A DNA stretch of 21,053 nt, taken from contig JBFMGO010000106.1 of NCBI GenBank assembly GCA_040752695.1, forward strand, positions 1 to 21,053, given 5' to 3'. Numbering within the stretch: the first letter of the stretch is position 1; the number at the start of each line of letters is the position of its first letter. Under the pieces are notes generated by a model. It had not been told where the DNA came from and did no database searches. It saw nothing but the letters and a program-made list of their open reading frames with translations. Shown here piece by piece: positions 1-8,643 of this stretch. Origin of the DNA: a bacterium. GTDB lineage: Bacteria > SZUA-182 > DTGQ01. The position numbers were made by a program, and so were the translations under genes.

Positions 1-315
1 GTCAAAGTCGTATTCATTTTTTTTTGGTATCGTCTTCAGGAGATTGCCTCCGAGAGTAAGGTAAAATCCTTTGGTTGAGATGGACAGGATGAGAGGTTTT
101 TCCTGCTCCTCCTCTTGAGTCACCTGCTCCTGGGCTGAGCGAGCGGAGTCTGCGGGCTGAGAGGGGAGGGAAAGATTGATCACCGAAGTCTGAATAAAAA
201 CAGCCGTCACCAGCAGCAAGGGAATGATATTAAGAAAGATATTCAAAACCGGTGTCAGGTAAAGTTCTACGGTTTTATTATTTTTTCGTTTTTTTAATGT
301 CAGCCGATCCGCCAT
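1..315 (-). CDS. ExbD/TolR family biopolymer transport subunit (AglQ/AglS-like), 3' end outside the window
   Basis: Not in the ORF track; translated by hand from ATG at 315, preceded by an AAGGA RBS: MADRLTLKKRKNNKTVELYLTPVLNIFLNIIPLLLVTAVFIQTSVINLSLPS...PLILSISTKGFYL...EYDFD. Basic N-terminus, one TM helix and an 'INLSLP' segment fit ExbD/TolR; it lies directly downstream of an ExbB-like gene. Confidence 0.9.
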   Translation of the reverse strand, partial: MADRLTLKKRKNNKTVELYLTPVLNIFLNIIPLLLVTAVFIQTSVINLSLPSQPADSARSAQEQVTQEEEQEKPLILSISTKGFYLTLGGNLLKTIPKKNEYDFD

Positions 316-368
316 GAATCCTGTCCTTATGTTCCAGCGAATTGTCGCTCCTGTAGTTGTTGCTGCCC

Positions 369-416
369 GATGGTTCTGTTACCTGATGGTTCTGTTACCT
401 GATGGTTCTATTGCCT
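369..416. repeat. Intergenic 16-bp tandem repeat x3 (GATGGTTCTGTTACCT)
   Basis: Copies at 369-384 and 385-400 are identical; 401-416 has 2 mismatches; a partial GATG (417-420) abuts the stop codon of the ExbB-like gene. Confidence 0.95.
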
Positions 417-420
417 GATG

Positions 421-1047
421 TCATTGCTGCTTAAGGAAATTGATCAACTTCAGGGAGAATTGGTCAATATCATCAAGGATCTGGTCAGACATGGAATTTA
501 AAATAGAGTAGCTGATCATGCAGGGAATCGCTACGATCAAGCCAAAGGCAGTGGTATTGAGCGCCATGGCAATCCCTCCGGCCAGCATGGTGGCTTTTTG
601 AGCCGCATCGACATGGCTTACTGCCTGGAATGCCTGAATGAGCCCGTGAATAGTCCCTAAAAGCCCCATCAGTGTGGAAATATTGGCGATCATATTGAGA
701 TATTCCGTTCTTTTGGAAATACGGGGCAACTGTTCCATAGTGGCCTCGTCAATTGCGTTTTGGATTTCATCCGCATTCTGGCCGTGTCTCTCCAGGACAG
801 CCTTGACAATGATCGGAAGCGGGGCTTTTGATTTATCGCACATTTGGATAGCCTTGTCGATTTCCCTGGATTTGATGTGTTGAAATATCCTGGTCATAAA
901 AGCCTTCGACTTGATTCTGAACTGAAATCCAACCTTATAGAAGCGCTCGAAAATAATAGCCAGGCCAAAGACCGAAGCGACCAGGATAGCGTACATGAAA
1001 AAACCGCCCTGGATGAAGAAAAGCTTTATCAGTTGAAAAATGCTCAT
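421..1047 (-). CDS. MotA/TolQ/ExbB proton channel family protein (AglR-like)
   Basis: 208 aa with three TM segments and the signatures GGFFMYAIL...IIFER, ANISTLMGLLGTIHGLIQAF and GIAMALNTTAFGLIVAIP; AGGAG RBS upstream. Confidence 0.95.
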   Translation of the reverse strand: MSIFQLIKLFFIQGGFFMYAILVASVFGLAIIFERFYKVGFQFRIKSKAFMTRIFQHIKSREIDKAIQMCDKSKAPLPIIVKAVLERHGQNADEIQNAIDEATMEQLPRISKRTEYLNMIANISTLMGLLGTIHGLIQAFQAVSHVDAAQKATMLAGGIAMALNTTAFGLIVAIPCMISYSILNSMSDQILDDIDQFSLKLINFLKQQ

Positions 1048-1118
1048 TTATTTCTCCTTGTCCTCCTCACATACCTATAATACAAACGTTTTCATACACA
1101 TACGCTGGCATACACGGC

Positions 1119-1994
1119 CTAGTGCCTATGGCAGGTGATGCAGAAGGTATCCACGTCATACCCTTGCCCCGAACGCCCGCCTGCCGGCTCCTCTCTTCCC
1201 TGTGTCTGGCCGTCCTGCGGTCTTTTTCCCCACGACTGGCTCTCCAGTGGTCGGCTTCTCCACGAGCCCCACCCCTTAGGCCTGGCATTCCAACCTCCCC
1301 CCTTAAGGCGGCTCCCGGCCCCTTGCGGCTGCTTCCCCTGTGAAAGCATCCAGGGTGCATGGCACTTCTGGCAATTGCCCTTACCCTCATTATCCTGAGA
1401 CTGAGACTGATGAGGAGACTGAAAAACCGTCTTTTGGACCTCCTTCCAAAAGATGTGGTAGTAGCGGGAGGGATGGCACCGGAGGCAGCTTTGGTTGAGC
1501 TCTTGAAGCAGCGGCGAAGTTGAGCTGCCTGCTCTGGCGGTGGATGCGCTTTTGGGAATAGCCATTTCAGAATAATGGCAGGAAACACAGCTTCCCTCTT
1601 TTATCTCCGGTTTGACTGCATAAAAAGAAGATTTGAAAAAACAAAAGCTTATTTCTTTGGCAGATGCTGTCATGCTTTTAGCTCCTGTTGTTTCATTGAG
1701 GTCATCTGGCGCCTTTGGCAGAAAGTATTCATCATGTAATTTCATTTCTATCTTAAGGTCAGCGCGGGGAATAACATACATGGTACTTGGTTTGCGGATA
1801 CTCCCCTGGATTTGCATCTCCTGCATGTCGATTCTCTCATGCTCGGCATCGGCCCCGGAGGACCCGGATGAATCAAAAAAGGCAGCCGCACTCCTTTGCG
1901 CACCGAGGAGAAAGAGCATACTAACGAGCAGTATGCGCAACAGGCTGCTAAAAGCCGAAAGGGTACCGGTTATTTTTTGAGTGTTCTGATCCAT
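1119..1994 (-). CDS. Secreted GltF/CglF-like motif protein fused to a tetraheme c-type cytochrome domain
   Basis: Likely start is ATG at 1994 (MDQNTQK, after GGAGGT), giving 291 aa; the track start at 2033 overlaps the upstream gene further. Hydrophobic signal peptide ending near RSAAA. Motif IDMQEMQIQGSIRKPSTMYVIPR. Four CxxCH: CVSCH 1575-1589, CLRCH 1473-1487, CQKCH 1359-1373, CITCH 1128-1142. Confidence 0.8.
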   Translation of the reverse strand: MDQNTQKITGTLSAFSSLLRILLVSMLFLLGAQRSAAAFFDSSGSSGADAEHERIDMQEMQIQGSIRKPSTMYVIPRADLKIEMKLHDEYFLPKAPDDLNETTGAKSMTASAKEISFCFFKSSFYAVKPEIKEGSCVSCHYSEMAIPKSASTARAGSSTSPLLQELNQSCLRCHPSRYYHIFWKEVQKTVFQSPHQSQSQDNEGKGNCQKCHAPWMLSQGKQPQGAGSRLKGGGWNARPKGWGSWRSRPLESQSWGKRPQDGQTQGREEPAGGRSGQGYDVDTFCITCHRH

Positions 1995-2959
1995 TCCCTT
2001 ACCTCCGAAGACCTGGGACCACCCGCCTGGCAATAGTGCTGGTAATTTTTTATGGCCTCTTCAGGATTGAACAGATAGAGGTCATACAGGATGCCGAGAT
2101 TCAAAAAAGCCTCAAGGCAATCGGGTTTGACCTGTAGAGCCTGCTGATACTGTTCCCTGGCCAGGTCGTACTTGCCGCTCGATCGATAGATCGCCCCAAG
2201 ATTAATGTAAGCGGGATAATAATGGCTGTCCTTTTCTATGGCCTGCCGGTAGGATGCAAGAGCCTCCTTGAGTTCTCCCCTTCTCTCGTGAGCGAGGCCT
2301 GTGTTATTATACACTTCAACCAGGTTGGGGTCCATTTTTATGGCCTTTTCATATGAGGAGAGAGCATCCTCATATTGGTTTAGCCCTAAGTAAACATTGC
2401 CCAGATTTAAATACAACTTAGAAGAAGGTTTAATTCGCAGGGCACTTTTGTATTCTCTCACAGCCATATCCGGCTTGCCCACAGCTTCGTAAACAGAGGC
2501 CAGCCGCACCATCGTCTCTCTGGAATCGGGAAGTGCGGCCAGGGTTCTGTGGTACTCGATAATAGCTTTTGGATAAAGATGCTGCAACCGGTACAAATCT
2601 CCAAGCCCCTGGTGAATCTGGGGAATATTCCCTTTTTGACTCAGGGCTTTCAGGTACTCGTCTTTAGCCTGCGTATAGTGCTTGAGCCGGGCATAGGTCA
2701 ATCCCAGGTTATAATGGATATGGGGATCATCAGGATCAATTGCCAAAAGGCCTTTCAATTCGGTGAGGCATTGCTGATAATTGCCGTTCCGGTAGAGCAG
2801 ATTGGCCCGGTAGATCCCTTTCCCGACCGGACTGTGAATTTTGAATGTTTTCGTACATCCGCCCCAAAAAAGGCTATAGACCAGGACGCACATCAAGACC
2901 CGGAAGATCAGGCGGTTATTATTCAGCTTTTTATGGTAAAGAGATAGAGTCTGCATCAT
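1970..2959 (-). CDS. TPR-repeat putative lipoprotein (GltE/AglT-like)
   Basis: 329 aa; hydrophobic leader ending LFWGGC (loose lipobox); tandem TPRs such as YNLGLTY, LNLGNVY, INLGAIY; terminal LNLGILYDLYL...AIKNYQHY...VREWI. Its start overlaps the upstream stop (ATGA at 2956-2959). Confidence 0.85.
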   Translation of the reverse strand: MMQTLSLYHKKLNNNRLIFRVLMCVLVYSLFWGGCTKTFKIHSPVGKGIYRANLLYRNGNYQQCLTELKGLLAIDPDDPHIHYNLGLTYARLKHYTQAKDEYLKALSQKGNIPQIHQGLGDLYRLQHLYPKAIIEYHRTLAALPDSRETMVRLASVYEAVGKPDMAVREYKSALRIKPSSKLYLNLGNVYLGLNQYEDALSSYEKAIKMDPNLVEVYNNTGLAHERRGELKEALASYRQAIEKDSHYYPAYINLGAIYRSSGKYDLAREQYQQALQVKPDCLEAFLNLGILYDLYLFNPEEAIKNYQHYCQAGGPRSSEVREWIRTLKK

Positions 2960-5900
2960 TCCCTCAAAAGAAGCTGGTCAGGAAAATTCAAGTCAGATCG
3001 ATCCCTTGCCAGCGGCCTTTCTTCATTTCGCAGATACCGTGCCGGTCGCAAAACGGCCAGTCTCTGGTATGAATGCCCGATCCAGGGATTATACTCAATT
3101 TTACTGAAAAATGTCTCAATATTTTTTCTGTACATTTCAACAGCCTGATTTTGATAGGGCAGGGCCTTCTCCATGAGAGCCATCCGGTAGCTTTGGGCCT
3201 GTTCTTCATCGAGGACTTCAGGAACGGGAGCCTCTTTGATGAGTGAATATATTTTTTCATACCGTTGACCTGCCTGCCAATAGTCCTTGGTCAGATTCTC
3301 TTTGGATGTCGTGATCCATGAATCCTCGTTGATTTTGTTTTTTTCTGATAATTGTATGTTTTTTTGATAGAACAGCCCCGCTTTTTCCAGAAATTCGATA
3401 ATCTTCTGCTGAAGTTGAATGGTAATGAGCAGGGAGGCAGAGTCACTGCCTTGCGCCTGGTCTTCAGACCGGCTCAGTTCATTTTCCTGGAGTTGTTCAG
3501 CGAATTTATCCATGGCCAACCCCATCTTGAAATAGGCCTGGGTGGTCCATTCGGCGATTTTGAAATCAGCGGCCCTGGTATATTTTTCAAGCACTTTTTT
3601 GAGCAGATCCAGTTTCGCCTGCATACCTTTATCGCTGATTTCCTGCACTCCGACCCTGTCGTAAGCATCAAAGGCCATTTCCGCCATAAGAGTCTGGGCC
3701 CAGGCAGGGTAATAGGGAGTAACGGTGCTGTCGACCGCTTTATACCGCTCGTAGGTGTCCAGAACAACCTGAAAGGCAGCCTCGGCCTGGCTGACCGCGT
3801 TGCTTTTCATAAGTGCATATCCCCGCCTGAAATTGACTTCAAGGGCTAAAGAGGGTTCAGGCCGCAGGTCGGTCTGATAGAGGCTGAATACCCTGATAAC
3901 GTTTGACCAGATCTGCGCCTCTTCGTATAACCTTCCTGCCTTGTAGAGGGCTTTTGATGATTCTGCGAAGTGAGGATAATCGACATACAGCTTTTCGTAA
4001 CTCTGGGCCGCTTCTCGAACCTGCTTGCTTTTTTCCTGCTCAAGAGCGATGTGCAGGAGAGACTGGGGAGCATATTCCGAACCGGGATACTGCTGGATGA
4101 TCCGGCTATAGACCTGGCTGGCCCTCTTGGACAGACTCTGTGTCTGGTAGATCCTGGCTGCTTCAAACAGGGACAAATCGGCAGTCTGCTCGCTGGAAAA
4201 TGCATCTGCCGTGGCCTCGAACTTTTCCGCAGCCTCAAGAGGCTTTCCTTCTCTGAGGAGCAGTTCGGCTTCCTTGTAGCTCGAGAGGGCCATCATTTTG
4301 AAAGCGTTTCTGCGGGTTGATACAATCTCGACATCCTCTTGCTCTTTTTTCTCTTTTATCTTCTGATCACAGTCAGCCACAATTTCAGAGTATACCTTGG
4401 CTGCAAGGTCGAATTTTTCCTGAGTAAAACGGGCCTTGGCCAGCATTTTCAGAGCGGAAGAGCGGATCGCGCTCTCTTGAAAGTGCTGGATGATATACTC
4501 AAAAATACCGATCGCCTCCTGGGGATAGCCCTTCTTTAGATACAATTCTCCCTTCTTATAGAGAACCTCAGGCAGATGCTCATGCCTGGGAAAAGATTCA
4601 AGCAGATAGTCGCAGGCTGCCAGGAATTTTTTCTCCTCAGGTATCCATTCTTCTCCTTCTCCTGATCTTTCTCCTTCTCCCGCTCCTTGAACTTCTGCAC
4701 TATATGCCGTTTCACCTTTTCCTCTATCTTTTCCTCTCTTTTGTGCTTTCGTTTGTGTTTTCGTTTCCTCTTTGTCTTTCCCTTGCCCTTCTGCCGTAAC
4801 TTCTGCTTTATCTCCGGCTCCTGCTTTATCTCCTCTTCCCCTGGCTTCTTTCACCTTATCTCGTTCATTCTGTTCAATCATTTTCTCCAGGCAAAGGATT
4901 TGCTTATAGGCGGCGTCCTCGGAAAACTTGTGGAACTCCTGGTTCTGCACCACCCGCTCGTATTCGGAGAGCGCCTGCCCGTATTGATTCGTTTTATACA
5001 GGCATTCAGCCAGAAAAAAGGTAATGGTATAGACCTGCTCGGCGCTGGGGAAAAGGCTCAGGTTTTTCCGGTAAAACACGATCAGATCCTGGTAATCCTT
5101 TTCGTTCTTCGATTCCAGGAGGTATAAGGTGGTGTTACGGATAGATTCGTCGATGAGAGACGATACCTGCTTTCTGGCTGCTTCATCCTTATTTTCCCGC
5201 CACCACGGTGTGTTCTCGCCGTAATTGGTCACCAGCCGCTCTCTGGCACTATTGGCTGCCCTGGGAAGGTTCAGCTTGAGATAGCACTGCTCGATTCTGG
5301 ACTGAAACACGGGATTTTCAGAAGCAAGCGGAAAGCGTTTGATTACCCATTGATACGCATCGATCGCATCCTCGAATCTTTCCTGGTCGAACAAAAGCCT
5401 GGCCATCTCTTTCAAGACCCGAAAGAGGTAACTCTTCCCCTCAAGCGGGGAGAACGCCTTCCTGGCCTGTTCCACGGAATCATATTCACTGCCCATTTTC
5501 GCCAACTGGTAGGTCATCTCTGCCAGGAGGGGATCGTTTTGGGTACGCACATAATCATCGGCCAGGGAAATGAAAAGGTCACGTGCCTGAAGGTCCTTTT
5601 CCTGCTTGTAAAAGGACCAGGCCAGCTTATAGAGGACATTGTTCCGGTAATGATCGGGGAGTTTTCCGGAAGCTATCGCCCGGTTGTAGTAATCAGCAGC
5701 CTGAGCGAACTTATTCTCGTCAAAAGTGATTTCTCCCAGTCTGACCAGGACCTCAAGTGCCAGTGAACTATGAGGAAATTTCTGGATCAGACGCTGAAAA
5801 AGATCTTTGGCCAAAATGACCGCACCCTGCTCCTGATAGGCATAGGCCAGGGCATAGAGGGTTTTTTCCGTATAATCCCCTTCGGGAAACTGTGACAATA

Positions 5901-8643
5901 TCCTTTCGTAGAGTTTAATAGCCATGTCGTAAGTGGGTTTGGTTTCCAGGATAAAATCAGCCGGATTATCCTTCCATTTCAAGAACTTGAGCCGCTGCTG
6001 GAAATCAAGGGAGGACTTGAGATAAGAACACTCGGCCATTTGAAATAAGATCTTTTCAAGGTACGGACTTTGCGGGTACCTCTCGGCAAAAGATTCATGT
6101 GCCACAATCACTCTTTCCAGGGTATCCAGAGTTTTTGGGTTTTCTGCTGCGGACGGTGAGAAGGTTTCCTTAAATTTTGCAAGCCCAATCTCAAGGTCGG
6201 CCCGCTCCTGGATCTCTGAAAGTCTATTGCTGACCGTGCTTAAACCTTCCTGAACATCATTTTTAAGCTGAGTCAAAACCGCGCCCTTGATTTCCCTGAG
6301 CACTCTTTCCTGATCGAGGATTTTTTTAAAGGCAGCCCGCCTGACCTCTAAAAGCCCTTTTGACTGGTCATCCCCGGAGGACTCCTTTTGCGGCTCGCTC
6401 ATAAGCCCGGATAAGATCTGTATCTTTTTCGGGTACCCAGGCTCAGGAGCCAGAAGAAGATCTTTCATGGATCTGAGGGTTTCTTCGATCTCCAAAAGAG
6501 CATTCCAACAGGACAGGCTGGCTTTTGACTTGAGATAATCTCCTACCTCCCGGTACAAAAAAGAGGCCGGCGCAGACAGGGGAACCGAAGCGGAAGCGTA
6601 AACAGAGGAAGCGTAAACACTTGAAGGGTGATCAGGCAAAGGGTAAGCATCCAGAGAGCAATCGTTCGAAGGGTGAGCATCCAAAGAAAAAAGCAGCAGA
6701 TTTTCCATCTGCCCCTGATCCTTCCGGAACTGTTCGATAGCCGAAAGCGCTTTCCGGCATCTGTCTGTGGATTCCTGATACAGGGCATACGCATCTTGAT
6801 ATTTTCCCATATGCAGCCGGTTATCGGCCAGGCTGAACCGGGCATCGGAGAGAAACCGGTTTTCCAGGCATTTTTGGCTCACTTCATCCACGATCTCTTC
6901 GACTTTCTCTTCATTATGCAGCTTGAGAAAAACCAGCCCCTTTCCGGTCAGGCCGGACAGATAAAAGGGGCTTGTTTCGGGAATAGCTTCACATTCCTCC
7001 ATGGCTTTCTTATACTCCCCTTTTTGGTACCATATCTTTCCCAAAAGAAGATGAGCGGATTGAATAAGATAGCCGGCATCCGCATCAGAGCCAAGAATAA
7101 GCTGCATATTGCCCATGACCGCCGTAATCCCCGGATAGGCGGCAGAATCCATAACAGATCCGGCAGAAGCCGTAAGATGGGCATCTTTTACCATAGATCG
7201 GCCAGCAAAAGGGACCGCAGTGAGATGGGCAGGGGAGGGGAGACGGATTATTTTCCCCAGTGCGTCGGCCGCAGCGTCATTTTGCTGAACTGCCAGGCAG
7301 CACAGCGCAAGCAGGTACTGAGCAGCTCCATAATAAGGTGACTGCTGAGAGATTACCTGCAGAAGACTCGCGCTTTGGGAAAATTGCTTTTCCTGATAAT
7401 ACGATCGAGCGGCCATATAACGGGCTGGATCGAGAATTTCGGCATCTGTTCGAGATCCAAATTGCTGGAAATCGGCTGCCGTAAGATTATATTGCCCTGA
7501 CAGGTAATGGGCCATTTCAGTGCGAAGCATGGCAGCATAGCGGTAATCGCTTCCCGGATACTCCCTGCGTAACTGCTGATAAGCCCGAATCGCTTCGGCA
7601 TACATCTTGAGATAAAAGAAGCATTCCGCCCTGAGGAACAGTCCCTCAGTCAAAAGAGCCCTGAAAACACCAGGGCCTGAAAGAGCCCCACCGGGAGGAG
7701 CCCCGGTTTTGGCCCCGGTCACAATTCCAGGCGCAGTTCCGGCCGCCCCGCCGGACTGACCCGTATCAGTCTCTCTGAGGCTGCCCGTACCAGTCTCCCT
7801 CACGCTGGAAGATTCTTTCAAAACAGCATTCAGGCTTAACAGGCAAACAAGATATTCCTCATTGAGAAAATGCCCCCTGGCCGTTTCCACATCCATCTGG
7901 AGCTTTTCCACGCTCCCGGCTGGCGGGCTATCCAGAGTCACGGCTTCATTGCCGTCATCGAAAACAACGACCATGGTCAAGGCCCGATCGATCGGCCAGG
8001 AAAAACGAAAGGAACATTTCTTGACTATCCGCGTATCGGAAACTGGCTTTTTATGCAGGCAGCGGGAATCGGAAAGAAAGGAGCACCCTTTCAGGTGCGC
8101 GGCTTTTCCTGTCATGGTTTTTTGTTCCCTGTCACCACCACCACCATCACCACCATCATCATCACCGCTGCTGCCTGATTCGCCTGATGGTATCTCCTGA
8201 AATACAAAGGTGAGGCGAAGCTCATGCTCTCCGTCCGGTATATCCGATATGACAAACTCTTTAACCGTATTTCGATAAAAAATTCCGGAATCCTCAAAAG
8301 AGAAATTATAGTGAGTTAATTCTTTGTCAAGATGTGTAACCACATCAGTCAGAATGAGATCACAGGAAGCACGATTGCGAAGGGAGAGACTGATTCCATC
8401 CTCCGTCTTTTGTGGAAGGAAATCCGCCATGTCCTGGGCCAGGTGACCTGCTGTCAGGCCAATCGTTTTTTTAAGGCTGTCGGTCTGATCGCAAAGCCTG
8501 CTTTTTTGGGTTTCCTGCAGGTCGAATTCGGGAAGGTTCCATTCCCTGGCCTCTGTCAGTATTGTCAGGCTTGGAGAAAAGAGGCAAAGGATGAGGACCA
8601 GACTTACTTTATTGAAGATAATCTTGGCGGTCCTGTTTTTCAT
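2956..8643 (-). CDS. Giant secreted TPR protein (about 1900 aa), GltD/AgmU-like C-half with a possible GltC-like N-half
   Basis: Uninterrupted ORF; ATG at 8643 chosen, with the track's TTG at 8667 as an alternative. Signal peptide ...LILCLFSPSLTILTEA. Many BamD/YbgF-type TPRs (...YPGSDY, ...FPEGDY, ...FPHSSL). The C-terminus YTRAADFKIAEWTTQAYFKMG...APVPEVLDEEQAQSY...PYQNQAVEMYRKN...W...S...L...PARY is recalled as typical of GltD-like proteins. Confidence 0.85.
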   Translation of the reverse strand: MKNRTAKIIFNKVSLVLILCLFSPSLTILTEAREWNLPEFDLQETQKSRLCDQTDSLKKTIGLTAGHLAQDMADFLPQKTEDGISLSLRNRASCDLILTDVVTHLDKELTHYNFSFEDSGIFYRNTVKEFVISDIPDGEHELRLTFVFQEIPSGESGSSGDDDGGDGGGGDREQKTMTGKAAHLKGCSFLSDSRCLHKKPVSDTRIVKKCSFRFSWPIDRALTMVVVFDDGNEAVTLDSPPAGSVEKLQMDVETARGHFLNEEYLVCLLSLNAVLKESSSVRETGTGSLRETDTGQSGGAAGTAPGIVTGAKTGAPPGGALSGPGVFRALLTEGLFLRAECFFYLKMYAEAIRAYQQLRREYPGSDYRYAAMLRTEMAHYLSGQYNLTAADFQQFGSRTDAEILDPARYMAARSYYQEKQFSQSASLLQVISQQSPYYGAAQYLLALCCLAVQQNDAAADALGKIIRLPSPAHLTAVPFAGRSMVKDAHLTASAGSVMDSAAYPGITAVMGNMQLILGSDADAGYLIQSAHLLLGKIWYQKGEYKKAMEECEAIPETSPFYLSGLTGKGLVFLKLHNEEKVEEIVDEVSQKCLENRFLSDARFSLADNRLHMGKYQDAYALYQESTDRCRKALSAIEQFRKDQGQMENLLLFSLDAHPSNDCSLDAYPLPDHPSSVYASSVYASASVPLSAPASFLYREVGDYLKSKASLSCWNALLEIEETLRSMKDLLLAPEPGYPKKIQILSGLMSEPQKESSGDDQSKGLLEVRRAAFKKILDQERVLREIKGAVLTQLKNDVQEGLSTVSNRLSEIQERADLEIGLAKFKETFSPSAAENPKTLDTLERVIVAHESFAERYPQSPYLEKILFQMAECSYLKSSLDFQQRLKFLKWKDNPADFILETKPTYDMAIKLYERILSQFPEGDYTEKTLYALAYAYQEQGAVILAKDLFQRLIQKFPHSSLALEVLVRLGEITFDENKFAQAADYYNRAIASGKLPDHYRNNVLYKLAWSFYKQEKDLQARDLFISLADDYVRTQNDPLLAEMTYQLAKMGSEYDSVEQARKAFSPLEGKSYLFRVLKEMARLLFDQERFEDAIDAYQWVIKRFPLASENPVFQSRIEQCYLKLNLPRAANSARERLVTNYGENTPWWRENKDEAARKQVSSLIDESIRNTTLYLLESKNEKDYQDLIVFYRKNLSLFPSAEQVYTITFFLAECLYKTNQYGQALSEYERVVQNQEFHKFSEDAAYKQILCLEKMIEQNERDKVKEARGRGDKAGAGDKAEVTAEGQGKDKEETKTQTKAQKRGKDRGKGETAYSAEVQGAGEGERSGEGEEWIPEEKKFLAACDYLLESFPRHEHLPEVLYKKGELYLKKGYPQEAIGIFEYIIQHFQESAIRSSALKMLAKARFTQEKFDLAAKVYSEIVADCDQKIKEKKEQEDVEIVSTRRNAFKMMALSSYKEAELLLREGKPLEAAEKFEATADAFSSEQTADLSLFEAARIYQTQSLSKRASQVYSRIIQQYPGSEYAPQSLLHIALEQEKSKQVREAAQSYEKLYVDYPHFAESSKALYKAGRLYEEAQIWSNVIRVFSLYQTDLRPEPSLALEVNFRRGYALMKSNAVSQAEAAFQVVLDTYERYKAVDSTVTPYYPAWAQTLMAEMAFDAYDRVGVQEISDKGMQAKLDLLKKVLEKYTRAADFKIAEWTTQAYFKMGLAMDKFAEQLQENELSRSEDQAQGSDSASLLITIQLQQKIIEFLEKAGLFYQKNIQLSEKNKINEDSWITTSKENLTKDYWQAGQRYEKIYSLIKEAPVPEVLDEEQAQSYRMALMEKALPYQNQAVEMYRKNIETFFSKIEYNPWIGHSYQRLAVLRPARYLRNEERPLARDRSDLNFPDQLLLRE

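Noticed and set aside
369..420. CRISPR-like repeat
   Set aside because: 16-bp units are contiguous with no spacers; it is a simple tandem repeat.
6628..7341. 237-aa plus-strand ORF and other short ORFs inside the TPR gene
   Set aside because: Fully overlap a well-supported gene and show no recognisable family features.
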